Part shown: piece by piece, positions 52,506 to 64,000 of the stretch
Layout: each line of letters begins with the position of its first letter
How positions within the stretch are numbered: position 1 is the stretch's first letter
Assembly: GCF_009834535.1 (NCBI RefSeq)
Contig: NC_045696.1
Location: forward strand, 13,146,001 to 13,210,000
DNA from: Camelus ferus
Taxonomy: Eukaryota
DNA: 64,000 nucleotides
Direction: 5' to 3'
The notes under the pieces: model-generated
Told to the model about the DNA's origin: nothing
The model's input: only the letters and a program-made list of their open reading frames with translations
Database searches by the model: none
Translations under genes and position numbers: made by a program

Positions 52506-53042
52506 GCTTTCTTTAAAATAAAATGTTATACATCACTAAAAATATTTCAAGTCTATGGCACTCATCTATCATCTCTCTCTCTCTCTCTCTATTTTTTTAG
52601 TGGCGACAAGGAACAGTGAAAAGTTGATGCCTCTTTCATTTTAGCCTTTGCACGCCCTTCTCTGCATCAATTCCTTTGCATTTTTTCTACGAGTGTTTTA
52701 GCTCAGATGGGTCCTATACATGTTTAAAGCATAGAATTTTCAATGCCTGTTATTATTTCTTTTACCCAGTCCACAACACGTTTCAGTGTTTATGTGTTTA
52801 TAGGCTTTATGACAGCTTGTATCTTGCCCATGAGGGACAGGTGCTCATCTATAGGAAGGAAATGGAAGGTCACTGCAGTTCCTTGCCATTTATAAATATT
52901 ATCACCTTTGTGTTAGGAACCCACTTACAATGAATCCCTATGCTGATAAGTTTGATGGGAAATTTATTTGCTAATGAATTTATAGTAGTAAACAATGTTA
53001 CTGCCATTTATGCTGCTCCTGATACCATCCAAAGATAAAGTG

Positions 53043-53048
53043 GTGTGT

Positions 53049-53089
<41 letters not shown>
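53043..53089. repeat. (GT)n microsatellite with one interruption
   Basis: Read directly. Confidence 0.95.
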
Positions 53090-53090
<1 letters not shown>

Positions 53091-54275
53091 CTTTAGAAGA
53101 AAGGAAACTGGGAAGCAGAAGATAATCTCTTGGAGACGACAGCTGGATCTTCAACTAGAATGGTAGCTTTCTTGGTTTTAAAAGGAGAAGGATTTGCTTC
53201 TTTATTCTGCAGAAAGTCATTCCTCTTCTCTACTTCTTCGGTGCTGGTTGTGTGTCCCTAATGAGCCCCCCTTTCTCTCCCTTCTCTTTCCTTTGTTTAC
53301 CTCCCTCTTTGGCTCATTTCTCTTTATAATTGCTGACTGCAAGGCACATCCTTTGAATTAACCCCAGTTGTTTGATTTCTTGGTACTAGTGTGAACCTTA
53401 ACATAAATTATTCTCTTCTCCTGACACATTTGCCCTTTTATGGCAAATACTGCCCTGGAAAGTTGGAAGAAGTTAATCAAGTTCTTCTTGTTTTGCACTT
53501 GCCTCAGAAAATAAAATAGTCCAGGGCAGAGAATGATTTTTTTTTTTTAAGTTGTAGGAAAAGCTTTATGCTACAATTTGATTAGAGTTTACAGTATTGA
53601 AAGAACACAGGCTAACCTGTCTGGGATTGGCTTTCATACCGGTTACAAACTTGGCATCAGGATGTGAATATCAGATTGATTTCTCATCATATATTTAACA
53701 TTTATGTGCTCAATATTTTCATTCATTTAGATGAACTACTTTTAATACATAACTTTAAGGGTTTTTCTGACAAATTAATTTTTTAGGAAGTCTGGACTAG
53801 CCAAGAATATAACACAGATTTTGCATTTTGCATAGGTTTCTCCCTTTAATTTATTAGGCTCCTTATTCAAAGATACTTGAAGTGATCTGTGGCAATGTCT
53901 AATAAATTTTCACCTTATGCTTAGAAGAAAAGAAAAAAATATAGATAATATCCATGCCATTTTATAGATGTAAAATCTTTTATTTTATGTATATACTTAC
54001 CATAACTTAAAGGCAAACACTATGATTTCAGGTCTTTTTGTAAAGAACATTCTGAATAAAATATAGAATATCAGTAAGTATAGAAGGGAATAGGTGGCTG
54101 AGAAATAATGGGAATATTATTACTATTATTTTCTTGATTTGGTTAAATGATTATCATAGTTCTGCAGAGGCAGTGTCTCAGTAATTTTTTTTTTTTAACA
54201 AGAAGGATTAAGCATTCACACCCCCTGAGGTCTAGTGTGAGTATAAACCTAGAATATTCAACATGTTCTGTGCCT

Positions 54276-54570
54276 GCAGAAACAGACTCACAGACTAGAA
54301 AACAAAATTATGGTTACTGGGGGGAAAGAGGGGAAGGGACAAATTGGGAGTTCTAGATTTGCAGGTACTAACTAATATACATAAAATAGATAAACAACAA
54401 GTTTATAGTGTATAACACAGGGAACTATATTCAGTATCTTGTAGTAACCTATGGTGAAAAAGAATATGAGAACAAATATATGTATGTTCATGTATGACTG
54501 AAGCATTGTGCTGCACACCAGAAATTGACACAACATTGTAAACTGACTATACTTCAATAAAAAAAAATTT
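54276..54570 (+). mobile_element. Young 5'-truncated L1 3' UTR (camelid L1_Vpa-like) with target-site duplication
   Basis: cagggaactatattcagtatcttgtagtaacctatggtgaaaaagaatatg...cacaacattgtaaactgactatacttcaataaaaa; flanks aacatgttctgtgcct (54260-54275) and aacatgctctgggcct (54574-54589). Confidence 0.9.
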
Positions 54571-55645
54571 TTAAACATGCTCTGGGCCTAGAGTCAGGAA
54601 AATTTTTAAGGAATATGACAAAAGAATCCTACTCATTCATTTGCTACCTTGCCACTTTGGAAAGTCTGGTCACCTATCTGCACAAGTGTTTTACTTCTCC
54701 ACAGGACGACTGATGATCTAAGAACAGGGATCAAGCTTCAGTCGTCCCTCACTAATTACATGAAGGAAAAGGTTGGGAGATGCTTGGAGCAGCTATGCAT
54801 GCAGCTTCTTTGTGTACAGCTCTTGTGTTCCAGAACTCAGGATTTGCACTCCATTTACTCTGGTTTTGTCAGTTTTCTGGGTTCATTCAGAATCCCTGGG
54901 CCATCTTTCATGCAACAAACCCTGGGATTTTTAAAAAATGGATCTGTGAGGTTGAGAGTTAGTCATTATATTAGCTTCCAGAATAGTGGTTATAATGAAT
55001 TGTGCCTGGAAGCTCATGAGGAAGCTGACTCTCATCTCCTGAGTCTGTGCCAAAAATCTCAGGTGGAGAAATCTCAATACTGTACTAAAACTTCAAAGTC
55101 TGGTCCCTGCTCTTATCCTCACCTGGGACCCAGCGCCCGCTCCTTGCACAGACCAATTCCCTGCATCTTTGATGCTTTACTCTGGCTCTTCATAGGTGGC
55201 CACCCCGCACAGTCCTGACTTCCCTTCCTTTGGCTGTAGCACGGAGACGCTGTTAGCTCACATTTCCTAGCTCCTTTTAATGTCGTGTCTTCACCATCTT
55301 TATGTCCTTTTGCATCTTTTCTCTCCTATTTCATCTTTGTTCCTTTACCTAAGGCTTGGCGCTGACGTTTTAGCTCTCAAATCCTAGATTTAAGCTTTTA
55401 ATTCTTTGCATGAATGCATGTCCTAGAATTCTTTGTTTTCCTATCTGAGGTCTTCAAACCAAAATATATATCTAGGGAAGGGGGTGGACACAGGGTTACT
55501 TATGATGTCAGATACACAAGGATCATCTCTGTTGGGCTCATTTTTATTTAAAGATTTTATTTAGAAAAAATTTTTCTTCCATTATATTAAATTTAAGCAT
55601 ACTATGAAATGTCATTCTCTCTCTCTTTGTATGTATGTGTGTATT

Positions 55646-55646
55646 T

Positions 55647-55679
<33 letters not shown>

Positions 55680-55692
55680 GTATATATATATT
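55646..55692. repeat. Interrupted (TA)n microsatellite
   Basis: Read directly. Confidence 0.9.
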
Positions 55693-57689
55693 TATATTTT
55701 TAAGAATTATTAAATTCTTCACCTGGGGTGGCACGTCCAGGTCTATACCTCCAAACTCTTGGGGTATAAGGATGTGTATGTTCATTCTCTTCTAACATTA
55801 GGGATAATTTCATGGAAAACTTTGAAATGTGAGGTTCACACTGAGGCAGAACATTTTGATATTAATCCATGTGCTTTTTCCAGTTCTTCTGAATCTCAAC
55901 CTTTTTTTCCCCACTTTTAAAGTTACAGCAAGAGCTTTTATATATTGCCCTCAGGGTAAAGATGACATAGGAAAAAAAGAGTCAAATTTTCAGCTTTGAG
56001 TTCTTAAATAGACTTGTGTGGATCTATAGAAGCCATTGCTGTCTTTGAAGCTATTAATTATGATAGCCAGGTGTTTGAAAGAAGAGGAAAAAAAGTACTT
56101 TGAATTGTAAACGTTCGCCTTAGAGCCTTCAGGATCCAGTATATAGGACTGGGGATAGTGGTGAAGATAGGACTGTCCTGTATCTACTTTCAAGGAGAAA
56201 CATCCAACCAGGTGATGGGAAAGCCTCGACACTGAGGAATACTTAAGAAAGGGTTCCTCACTTGCCACTTCTGGGGTTTAACTCCCAAGGGTGAGATGAA
56301 GCAAACAGCCTAATAAGTGTGGGGACCTGAGAACACAGGGACATTGTGCCCCCTCTTTGTCATAGGCTCTCAGAAGAAGCACTCACTTGAGTGGATAAGT
56401 GTCATCGGGACCTTTCATCAGGCCACCTGGAGACTGTCCTCTGAGTCTTCCATGGCCTCTGAAGGTTCTCTAGAACCAGTGGCCAGAGAGCAGAGTCATT
56501 TCTGCAGTGAAGATAAGCTTCAGGTGGGCTCACATCCCAGAGGTAAGCAGCTCTCTTTGCCTAAAAGCAGCAGAAATGTGGGTTTACCTGCCAACCCAAA
56601 GCACCCACAGTCCCTTTCTCCTCTCTGCAGTCATTGTCAGAGGCCACTATGACTTTCATCTCCAGTCCTCTAGCTTCTCTTTGGCCTCTTCTCAGGGATT
56701 TGGGTAGCATCTAAGCTTAATGATTTCCCTCTAGTTTGTTCTTTCTTTCCTAGTGGTCAAAAACTGGTCAGGGATAGGAAAAAGAGGTAGGAAAACATCA
56801 TTATATGTATTTTCTCAAACTTGATCCTCTGGTTTTGGCTCTTGCTAATTAGAGATAAACTTTTTGAAATTTAACTTATTCAACAAAACACCTAGCTCTT
56901 GAGATTGAAAGCTATGGTTTTTAAGATTTTTCTCTGTGGTACAAAGTTGTAAAGTCCACTTAAAACTGAAAAGCTAAGAGTTTGGTTCATCTCTGGGTAG
57001 GAAACAATGCATATAAAAGTCTTGATGATTGATAGCGGAGAAAGGTAGGGGTAAAAACAATGGAAAATAAAAGTGCATCATCCTTTTCCTTCTTTTCCCT
57101 TTGCCTCTCTTTAGCAGAATTATTTAAGTTCCACTTACAGAATAGAGACTTTCCTGGGCACTCCAGCCCTATCGATCTCTTTCTGGAATTGTGATTGAGT
57201 ATGTAGTAGTTCCATAGCTTCAAATTGCTTGCCAGGTACTTTTCTTCTTCTTCTCTCTCTCTCTTTTTTTTTTTTTTTTTTAGCTTATTCTGTAGGCTCA
57301 TCAAAGTCAAAAACAATTCTACTTCTGTAATCTTCCCTGTGTTTGTAATGATTTGGTTATGATTGATTGGGTTGGAGCCCTCTCATTCTCTGATGCTATA
57401 ATGTCTGTTTTCTCTGCATCCAGAGCCAGCCATCCCACCCTGAAGTTCTGGCAGGGCAAGGTAATTCCATCTATTGCAATATGAATTTAATGTGCTCAGG
57501 ATTGCCACATAATAAATAAATATATATTTATAAAATATATTGTTCATGTATATGTTAGTATACATACATGCTAATACATGTATTTATACGCATGTATGTA
57601 TATATATAAATTCTTTAAGCTTTTTTTTTTTTTTACTGCTTCTACATTTTTATTTTCTTCCCACTTTCTACTGGAATTAAAAAATACCA

Positions 57690-57830
57690 TGGTTGGAAGA
57701 GAATTTTAAGAGCAACACCCTCATTCTACTAGTTGAGAACACTGAGGATGAGGGAAGGACAGTGACCTGCCTAAAGGCACAAAGCCATTCAGCAGAAGCA
57801 CTGGCATAGGAATTCCTGGCTTGTGATTCC
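57690..57830 (-). mobile_element. MIR/MIR3 fragment
   Basis: caacaccctcattctactagttgagaacactgagg..gagggaaggacagtgacctgcctaaaggcacaaagcc. Confidence 0.65.
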
Positions 57831-60829
57831 CAATTCATCTCCCTGTTGGGTCACAAACATCTTTCAGAGTTTGTTTGGTTTACTAGATGTTGCCAACTTG
57901 TACGTTGGAAAAGTTATTTCTAAAAGGATGTTAATTGCTTCCTGGCCTCTCTGTTGATTAATGAATGTTTGGGTTTCCAGGCAAAGAAAAGCCTCTTTAC
58001 GCAATTACAGAAATAACGTGATTAGAGAGACTTCTCCAGACCTCTTGCTAAATAAGTTAATCAGACTACAGAAGATATAAAGCCGAGGACACTTGGAAGC
58101 ATCTGATAATGTGCCAAGTGGCAGTGAGGAAAGATAAATTCCAAATTACAGCAGGTTATCTGCAGACAGTAGTTTCTTAGTTCTTGTGGTTGACTAAAGA
58201 CATTCTTTTTTGAAGTTGAAAAATCTGAATATTTGACTATTTTTAAGTCTGAAAACTCCAGTTGAAAAATTAGGGAAAGAGAAAGTTGTGGCTAAGCTAA
58301 ATTAAACATTTTAATCAGTAGGGAGAGCTACAGCAGTGTCATTACATCACTCAGGTTTTAGTCATTATTTTTGTGTGTCTCTGTATACATTGTAATGTGG
58401 AAACACACTGCTGTACAGCGTGGCCAATTAGCTATATTTGGGCTGACAACTACGAAGCTCAGATTCTGCAGGGTGTTGAAACCATACGACGTGTTCGTAA
58501 TGTTGGTTTTCTATCACAAGAATGCCCTTCTCTTTGCAAATAGAATTTCTTTGAAAATTTAAAGGAGAATCCCATTTTATGTGATACATGTCTCTGTGGA
58601 GAGGATTTTGAAAGCAAAAATGATTTTAATATGCTTGTGCATCTGGACATAAAATTCCATAACTGTGAGAAGCATAATGAGATGGTTCCTAAAGGCAAGT
58701 TAAAACTGCAGCATCGAGCAGAAATTTTTCATTATCTATAAGAGTTAATTAATAATGCCATTTGGCACAGTTAGATGTGCAGAAAATAGTACAAGAAGTA
58801 AGAATGCTTTGCTTTCCTTTTGCTTTTCCAGGCTGTTCAGGCTACTTTTAAATTGCTTACTAGGAAATAGACCTTAGAGCATAAGGGTCATGGGCTTGGA
58901 AACTAATTGGGATTCATTATTTTGCCTCTTTGTCACAGATGGCTCATATAGAACATAATATAATGCTGCAAATGCAGTGAGGTATTTGGAAATAATTTTC
59001 CTTGGGTGGGTTTATAATCATATAATCCAGCTGATTTTCCTAAGGGCACAATCTCTACCCACCATGGATTCCTTAGGTAGTTCCAATTTTGCTGGAAAAA
59101 TTCTAAATTAATTCAGTTTATAATTTTAGTCTAAAATAAAATAAGCTTTATATTTTTCCATATTGCATTAGGTTATACATGTTTGTTAAGAAACAAATTA
59201 GACAACATTACATTCTCCATAGATGTCAATGCACTTCTCAGTTTTTTTCACACCTCCTCACTCTCATCCTAACTTTAAACAATATTCCTCAAAATATAGT
59301 ACACAGATGACCTGTCAGTGTTAATAGAAACTCACACAGACCACCTAATTTGGAGTCACACTGTGGTATTCAAGCTAGTTTTAATGAAAACTCATGCTTA
59401 CCAACTACTTTTAAGTAAAACAACTGTATTTAGGCTTGTTGGAACAAAAAACTCATGCAAGAAAAGCTATTAAAAAATTCTTGCATTGTAGATAATTTTC
59501 ATGAAAAGTCATATACATGACCTAATTTTAGAAAAAAAAAACTGCTGTATGTAAGCTATCTTTTACACGAACTAGTGTGCAAACTACTTATAAGCATTTA
59601 CTTTCAGGTTTAGTTAAAAATTCTGATTCCTGGACTACATTCACTGAGGGGGAGTCCCTGGAGGCCCAGCTTGTAACCTGTGCATTTCCCAGGTGATTCA
59701 GGGGTATTCTGAAGTCTGGAAACCAGTGACATAAAAAAAAAAAAAAGAATTTGAAAATTTTTATTTCATGTTCAAGCCCCCTTTTTTCTAAATTTCACTT
59801 AAAATGCAATGGCCTCACCTCAGGGTCACTGTGGTCTTAGTGGTCATTTGATGGCAAGAATTGGTGGTCTGAGAGCATGTATAAAAAGAGAAAGTGGAGA
59901 GTGTAAGGAACCTAGGGTCTGAAGTGATTAGGGATTTCAAAAGTTACGAAAAGGGCACAGAGAGAGCAGTGAACTACCCACCTGAATATTCTGAGGAAGC
60001 CTACCACTTATAATGAAACATGAATATTAATAATGGACTCTAATGACATTTCTATCTCGAAGATGTGCACAGTATCTTCCTGAAGTCTCCTAGAGAAGGT
60101 TTATTAACTATTGAATGCTAAATATAAGCTGTGTATCTTGCTTGGTATTAATGGTCCTAACTCTAGAATCAACCAATAAATAGTAATGACTTGCTGAGTG
60201 CCAATTATATGCTAAGCTTCCCCTTTAAGTCACTACTGCACACTAGAATCCACAGGGTACCTTAAAACTGCTATTGTTCTGTTGCCATTCAAGGCTGATT
60301 AAATTAAAATTTCTAGAGATGAGGTTCACATCTTTTGCTCTAGGACCTCATGTATTGCTAATTTGGGTCCTTCTCTTGGGCACAATGAACCTGCCATTGA
60401 TTTTTAATGCTTATGTGAGGAAAAGTGGTCTCAGAGATGGTTTGAATCTCTAAATTGGAAAAACTATTTTCTAAACCAACTCTGTTTTAAGATATATGGT
60501 AAATTGTATTTATTGCCGATGTGACCAATGAGCAATACAAATAAATTAATTCCTTTATAAGAAACTGTAGAAACTGTCTGTTAACCAATATTTATTAATA
60601 GGACTCATAAATGATCTCATTTTCTATGGCATTATGTTATTTTATTTGATTCTCAAAGCAAATATATCAATGTATTATCTTCATGTTACAAAAGAGGAAA
60701 CTGAAGTTCAGAGAAGTTAAAAATATATTCCAAATAATAAATATTATTGTTTACTGAGTGGCAACACTGTGCCAGGCAAGGTATCTCATGTATTGTATAT
60801 TATCACTGGATAAGATACACATTATCATA

Positions 60830-61090
60830 CGAGTGTTCCTTGGAGTATGATCTGTAGAAACTTGGTCTGTCAAGATACTTTGGGGAAAAAAAAGGTTCTG
60901 TATCTAACAAGTTGGGAAGTGCTGGGTACTCTTCCATCTTGTTGAAAATTCTCAGTACATCGTTAACATATTAAACACACTGAAATGTCATGTGGTGAAG
61001 GGATGTTTAGCCTACTGCTCCATGGATTACTTGACCAAGAAAATTTTATCTGAGTAAAACTTGCCAGTGGAAGCCATTTTGAAAAATACG
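60830..61090. mobile_element. hAT-Charlie MITE (MER112-like) nested in MIR sequence
   Basis: aaaaggttctgtatctaacaagttgggaagtgctggg...aacatattaaacacactgaaatgtc; MIR-like sequence on both sides. Confidence 0.5.
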
Positions 61091-63909
61091 CCTTCATCAC
61101 AACCTTATGACCTACAAACTATATCCCAATATTACATATTAAGAAACCAAGGCTCCGAGAAAGTCAGTCACTTGTCACTTACAGCCATTCAGCATGCGAC
61201 TCTACTAGAACTTGGATCTAAGTTTGGCTAATTTAGAAAATTCTTTTCTGATTCTAATTCTAGGACTCCCAGTTGCTGACTCTGATATCTAGTTCTCTGT
61301 TAGCAAACCTGAAATAAAACTGTGGAAAGGGTGAAGTGCTGGGCTGTTTGTTAAAATATTTGGAAACCATAAAATAATATATAACTATCAGAATTAGGTA
61401 GTACACAATTTAAAGTAGTACACAAATATCAGTTTTACTCAAATGTCTGAATTACACTTTTGAAGGACATTCTCCATAGAAAGGCAAGTTTTGTGACTGT
61501 TAACCTTGATCATCTATACTTTGTTAATCGTTCTTGAACTTTCTGGGTAGGATTTTTGGTTTATTTAATAGTCCTTGGGAATATTAATTTCTGTAACTTG
61601 TGGTTTCTATATACAGAATCAATGAATTATTAATTACATAATACTTATCCCAACATCTGATTTTATTGACTATGAGAATGTGAGCTCTGACCTGGCAAAC
61701 AGTATGTTGCTTTTCCCTCAATAACAGTAAATAAATGTTAGTGTTATTTATAGATATTTTCCTAAAAGTACATTTATTTCAAAAAGAAAACAAGACTGAG
61801 AAACAACGAGGGCAAAAGAGTCAACTTTCCTGAACACACTTTACTGGAGAAATATATAGTTGATTGGAAAGATTTGTGATTCAAAAATTGGAACCCATTT
61901 AAAGCTAAGTGAAGAGAAGGCAAAATGCTACATGATTGCACAGATGGTACATCTCTACTTCTGAGAAATATATTTTGGGGGATCATTTCATATGTCAAAG
62001 GTGACCCCATTAAGGAGAACAAAAACAAATGGATCCCATGTTGAGGGAAGATGAAAGGCATCTTCAAGTCCCCTGTTCACTGTGAAGAGGAAACAAGCTC
62101 AGAGGGACAGCAGGTATCCTCCATCACAACAAATTAAGTGTGTAGTTGGCTTTCTATGTCACCAAGCTCAGTTAGAGTGGAAATTATTTACAGTATTTTG
62201 AATGCAGGTTGAAAATAAATCTACAGAGATGTGTAACTAATGTGTATGGAAATTCTTTCCTTTATTCATTTTCTCCTCCTTGTCCTTCTCCTCAGTATGC
62301 TTGGAATGAGTTGAAAATGGCAAAGGATCCAGAGAAATGAGTGTGAAAGTGGCAAGGTTCAGAAAAGATTGCTACAAAATCAACCACTCTATCCCGGATG
62401 AGTAGAAAGGGGATGAAATAGCATCTTGTGGAAAGATGTTCATCAATGCACAGAATGAGGGCGAGTGAATGGAAAATAGAAGATGCTGTGCATTAATTTC
62501 TACCTCAGGACTTTGCTTGGAGCTTGTAAAAAATAATCTATAACTTGAAAAAAAATCACAGTTCCTTAACAACTCTGAGCATACTATCTATCTGAAACTG
62601 GAAAATTGTTAACCTCTACAAGTAAATGTTACTTGAGAGCTTGATATTAATGAATTTCTATTCAGGGATCATTCTTGACTGTGTTGTGTCTTCCTGAATG
62701 ATACTCAACTTAGCTAATGCTCTTCTTCTGTGACACTAGAAGTTTCAAGTTTACTTTTCATTTTCTGGGTCACATTTTTGAGTCTTTAAAACCTAAGACA
62801 TCTTTGAATCTCTGTATAAATAATACATTTTAAGTAGTAAGCTCAATTTGAATTAAAATTTAATATTGTTAAGGAGTTATTATGAAAAGATGGGGCTTTG
62901 GGTAGTTGGAAATTGTGGCTGTATGGAACGCATGGTACAGGGAAAAGGAAAGAGGAGAAAAAAAGTTTCACAAAGGTGAAAAGAATTCCACAAAATTAGC
63001 ATTTTGTTTTTGTGCTTTGCACAATTGAAAGTCTGAATCTACTTTTTCATGAGGAAAGAGTTGATTATTTTTTCATGCATGAAAATACAACTAAGATAAT
63101 CATTCTTTTGATGGTATAGCTTATTCTTGTAAATACATATACCCTGGAGTCTTTTACCCCTAACATACCTCTGTTTCAACATAAGATGCACATGTGTTTC
63201 CAGTGCATTGAATTCAACATCTAGAGTACATGGGTTTTGCTATCTCAAAGGGACAGCAGTTATGACTATTTATGCTTAGTAGATACAGATATCAACAATA
63301 CCAATCAGCAGAAACAATTTCTACTGGGCACACCTTTTTTTTTTTTTTTTTTAATGATTACACAGTGTGAACTGAGGACTGTGTCCGAATCCCTCTCTCC
63401 TCTCGAATTAATTTGCCACATTCTAAATCCGTAGATAAAGTGGTTCCAGAGGTGGAGTTGGTTGGATGGGTTTGCTTACATTGCAGTCCATAAAAGAAAC
63501 AAAAAGCCTTGCATGCAAAAGAAATGAGAAAAAAATACAGAAAAATGAATAAATCACAGGCAAAAATGGGTTTTTAAATGAAAATTTAAATCAAATGAAG
63601 CTGGCAGTTATGAGAAGCACATTAAAGCATAACATATACAAGCTTTTATTTTTCAAATTAGTTGCATAAAACAAGACACCTCAAGAGCAAATCGAAAGTT
63701 AAAACAAAGCAGATCAGTTCATTCTCCCTTTAATTAAAGACAACTTTCTCTGAGAAGGTCTAGGAAAGGGGTTCTTAATCTTTTCACAATTGTCTTGTAA
63801 TTCGGGGGTATTTTCATGGCGAAGCCAGGTTATAATCAATCATCTCCATCTTTGGGAGTTTAAGGGGAGTTTCCCCTTAAAGGAAGTAGGACTCATATGA
63901 GATTATTAA

Positions 63910-64000
63910 CCAGAACCGGCTACGTTGTTTGTGGGGCCCAGAGCAAGACGGAAATATGGAGCCCTTGTTCTAAAATTATTAAGAACTTCAAGACAGTGAT
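63910..64000 (+). mobile_element. MER45-like hAT-Tip100 element running off the window end
   Basis: ccggctacgttgtttgtggggcc...gcccttgttctaaaattattaagaacttcaagac. Confidence 0.65.

Noticed and set aside
54649..55218. Longest ORF in the track (189 aa)
   Set aside because: It starts at TTG, has no recognisable domain or exon structure, and its length is compatible with chance in 64 kb of non-coding DNA.
1..64000. Naming a host gene, promoter/CpG island, or tRNA/snRNA/rRNA gene
   Set aside because: I recognise no coding exon, CpG-dense region or structural RNA sequence; locus identity needs a genome alignment.

Overview
This is AT-rich, CpG-poor mammalian (eutherian) non-coding DNA, either intergenic or a long intron. 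The young L1 3' ends and the absence of recognisable Alu, B1/B2, Bov-tA, PRE1, CAN or ERE SINEs suggest a cetartiodactyl, most likely a camelid (inference). I can support no intact protein-coding gene, RNA gene, CpG island or CRISPR array; the listed ORFs are repeat-derived or look like chance. Much of the window is decayed transposons (L1, L2, MIR, MaLR/ERV LTRs, hAT/TcMar elements) plus microsatellites, separated by repeat-free blocks that look regulatory. The most notable sequence-level observations: (1) three apparent templated-insertion repair scars at ~19.1, ~29.4 and ~40.9 kb; (2) a 5'UTR-to-polyA but heavily internally deleted L1 that splits an MLT1A LTR; (3) a chimeric young/old L1 3' end; (4) minus-strand splice signals, including a candidate non-coding exon and an AG|GT recursive-splice-like site; (5) a dense TGACAG motif cluster. 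I did not find a convincing novel biological system. Repeat names come from remembered consensus sequences, not a search, and their boundaries are approximate.
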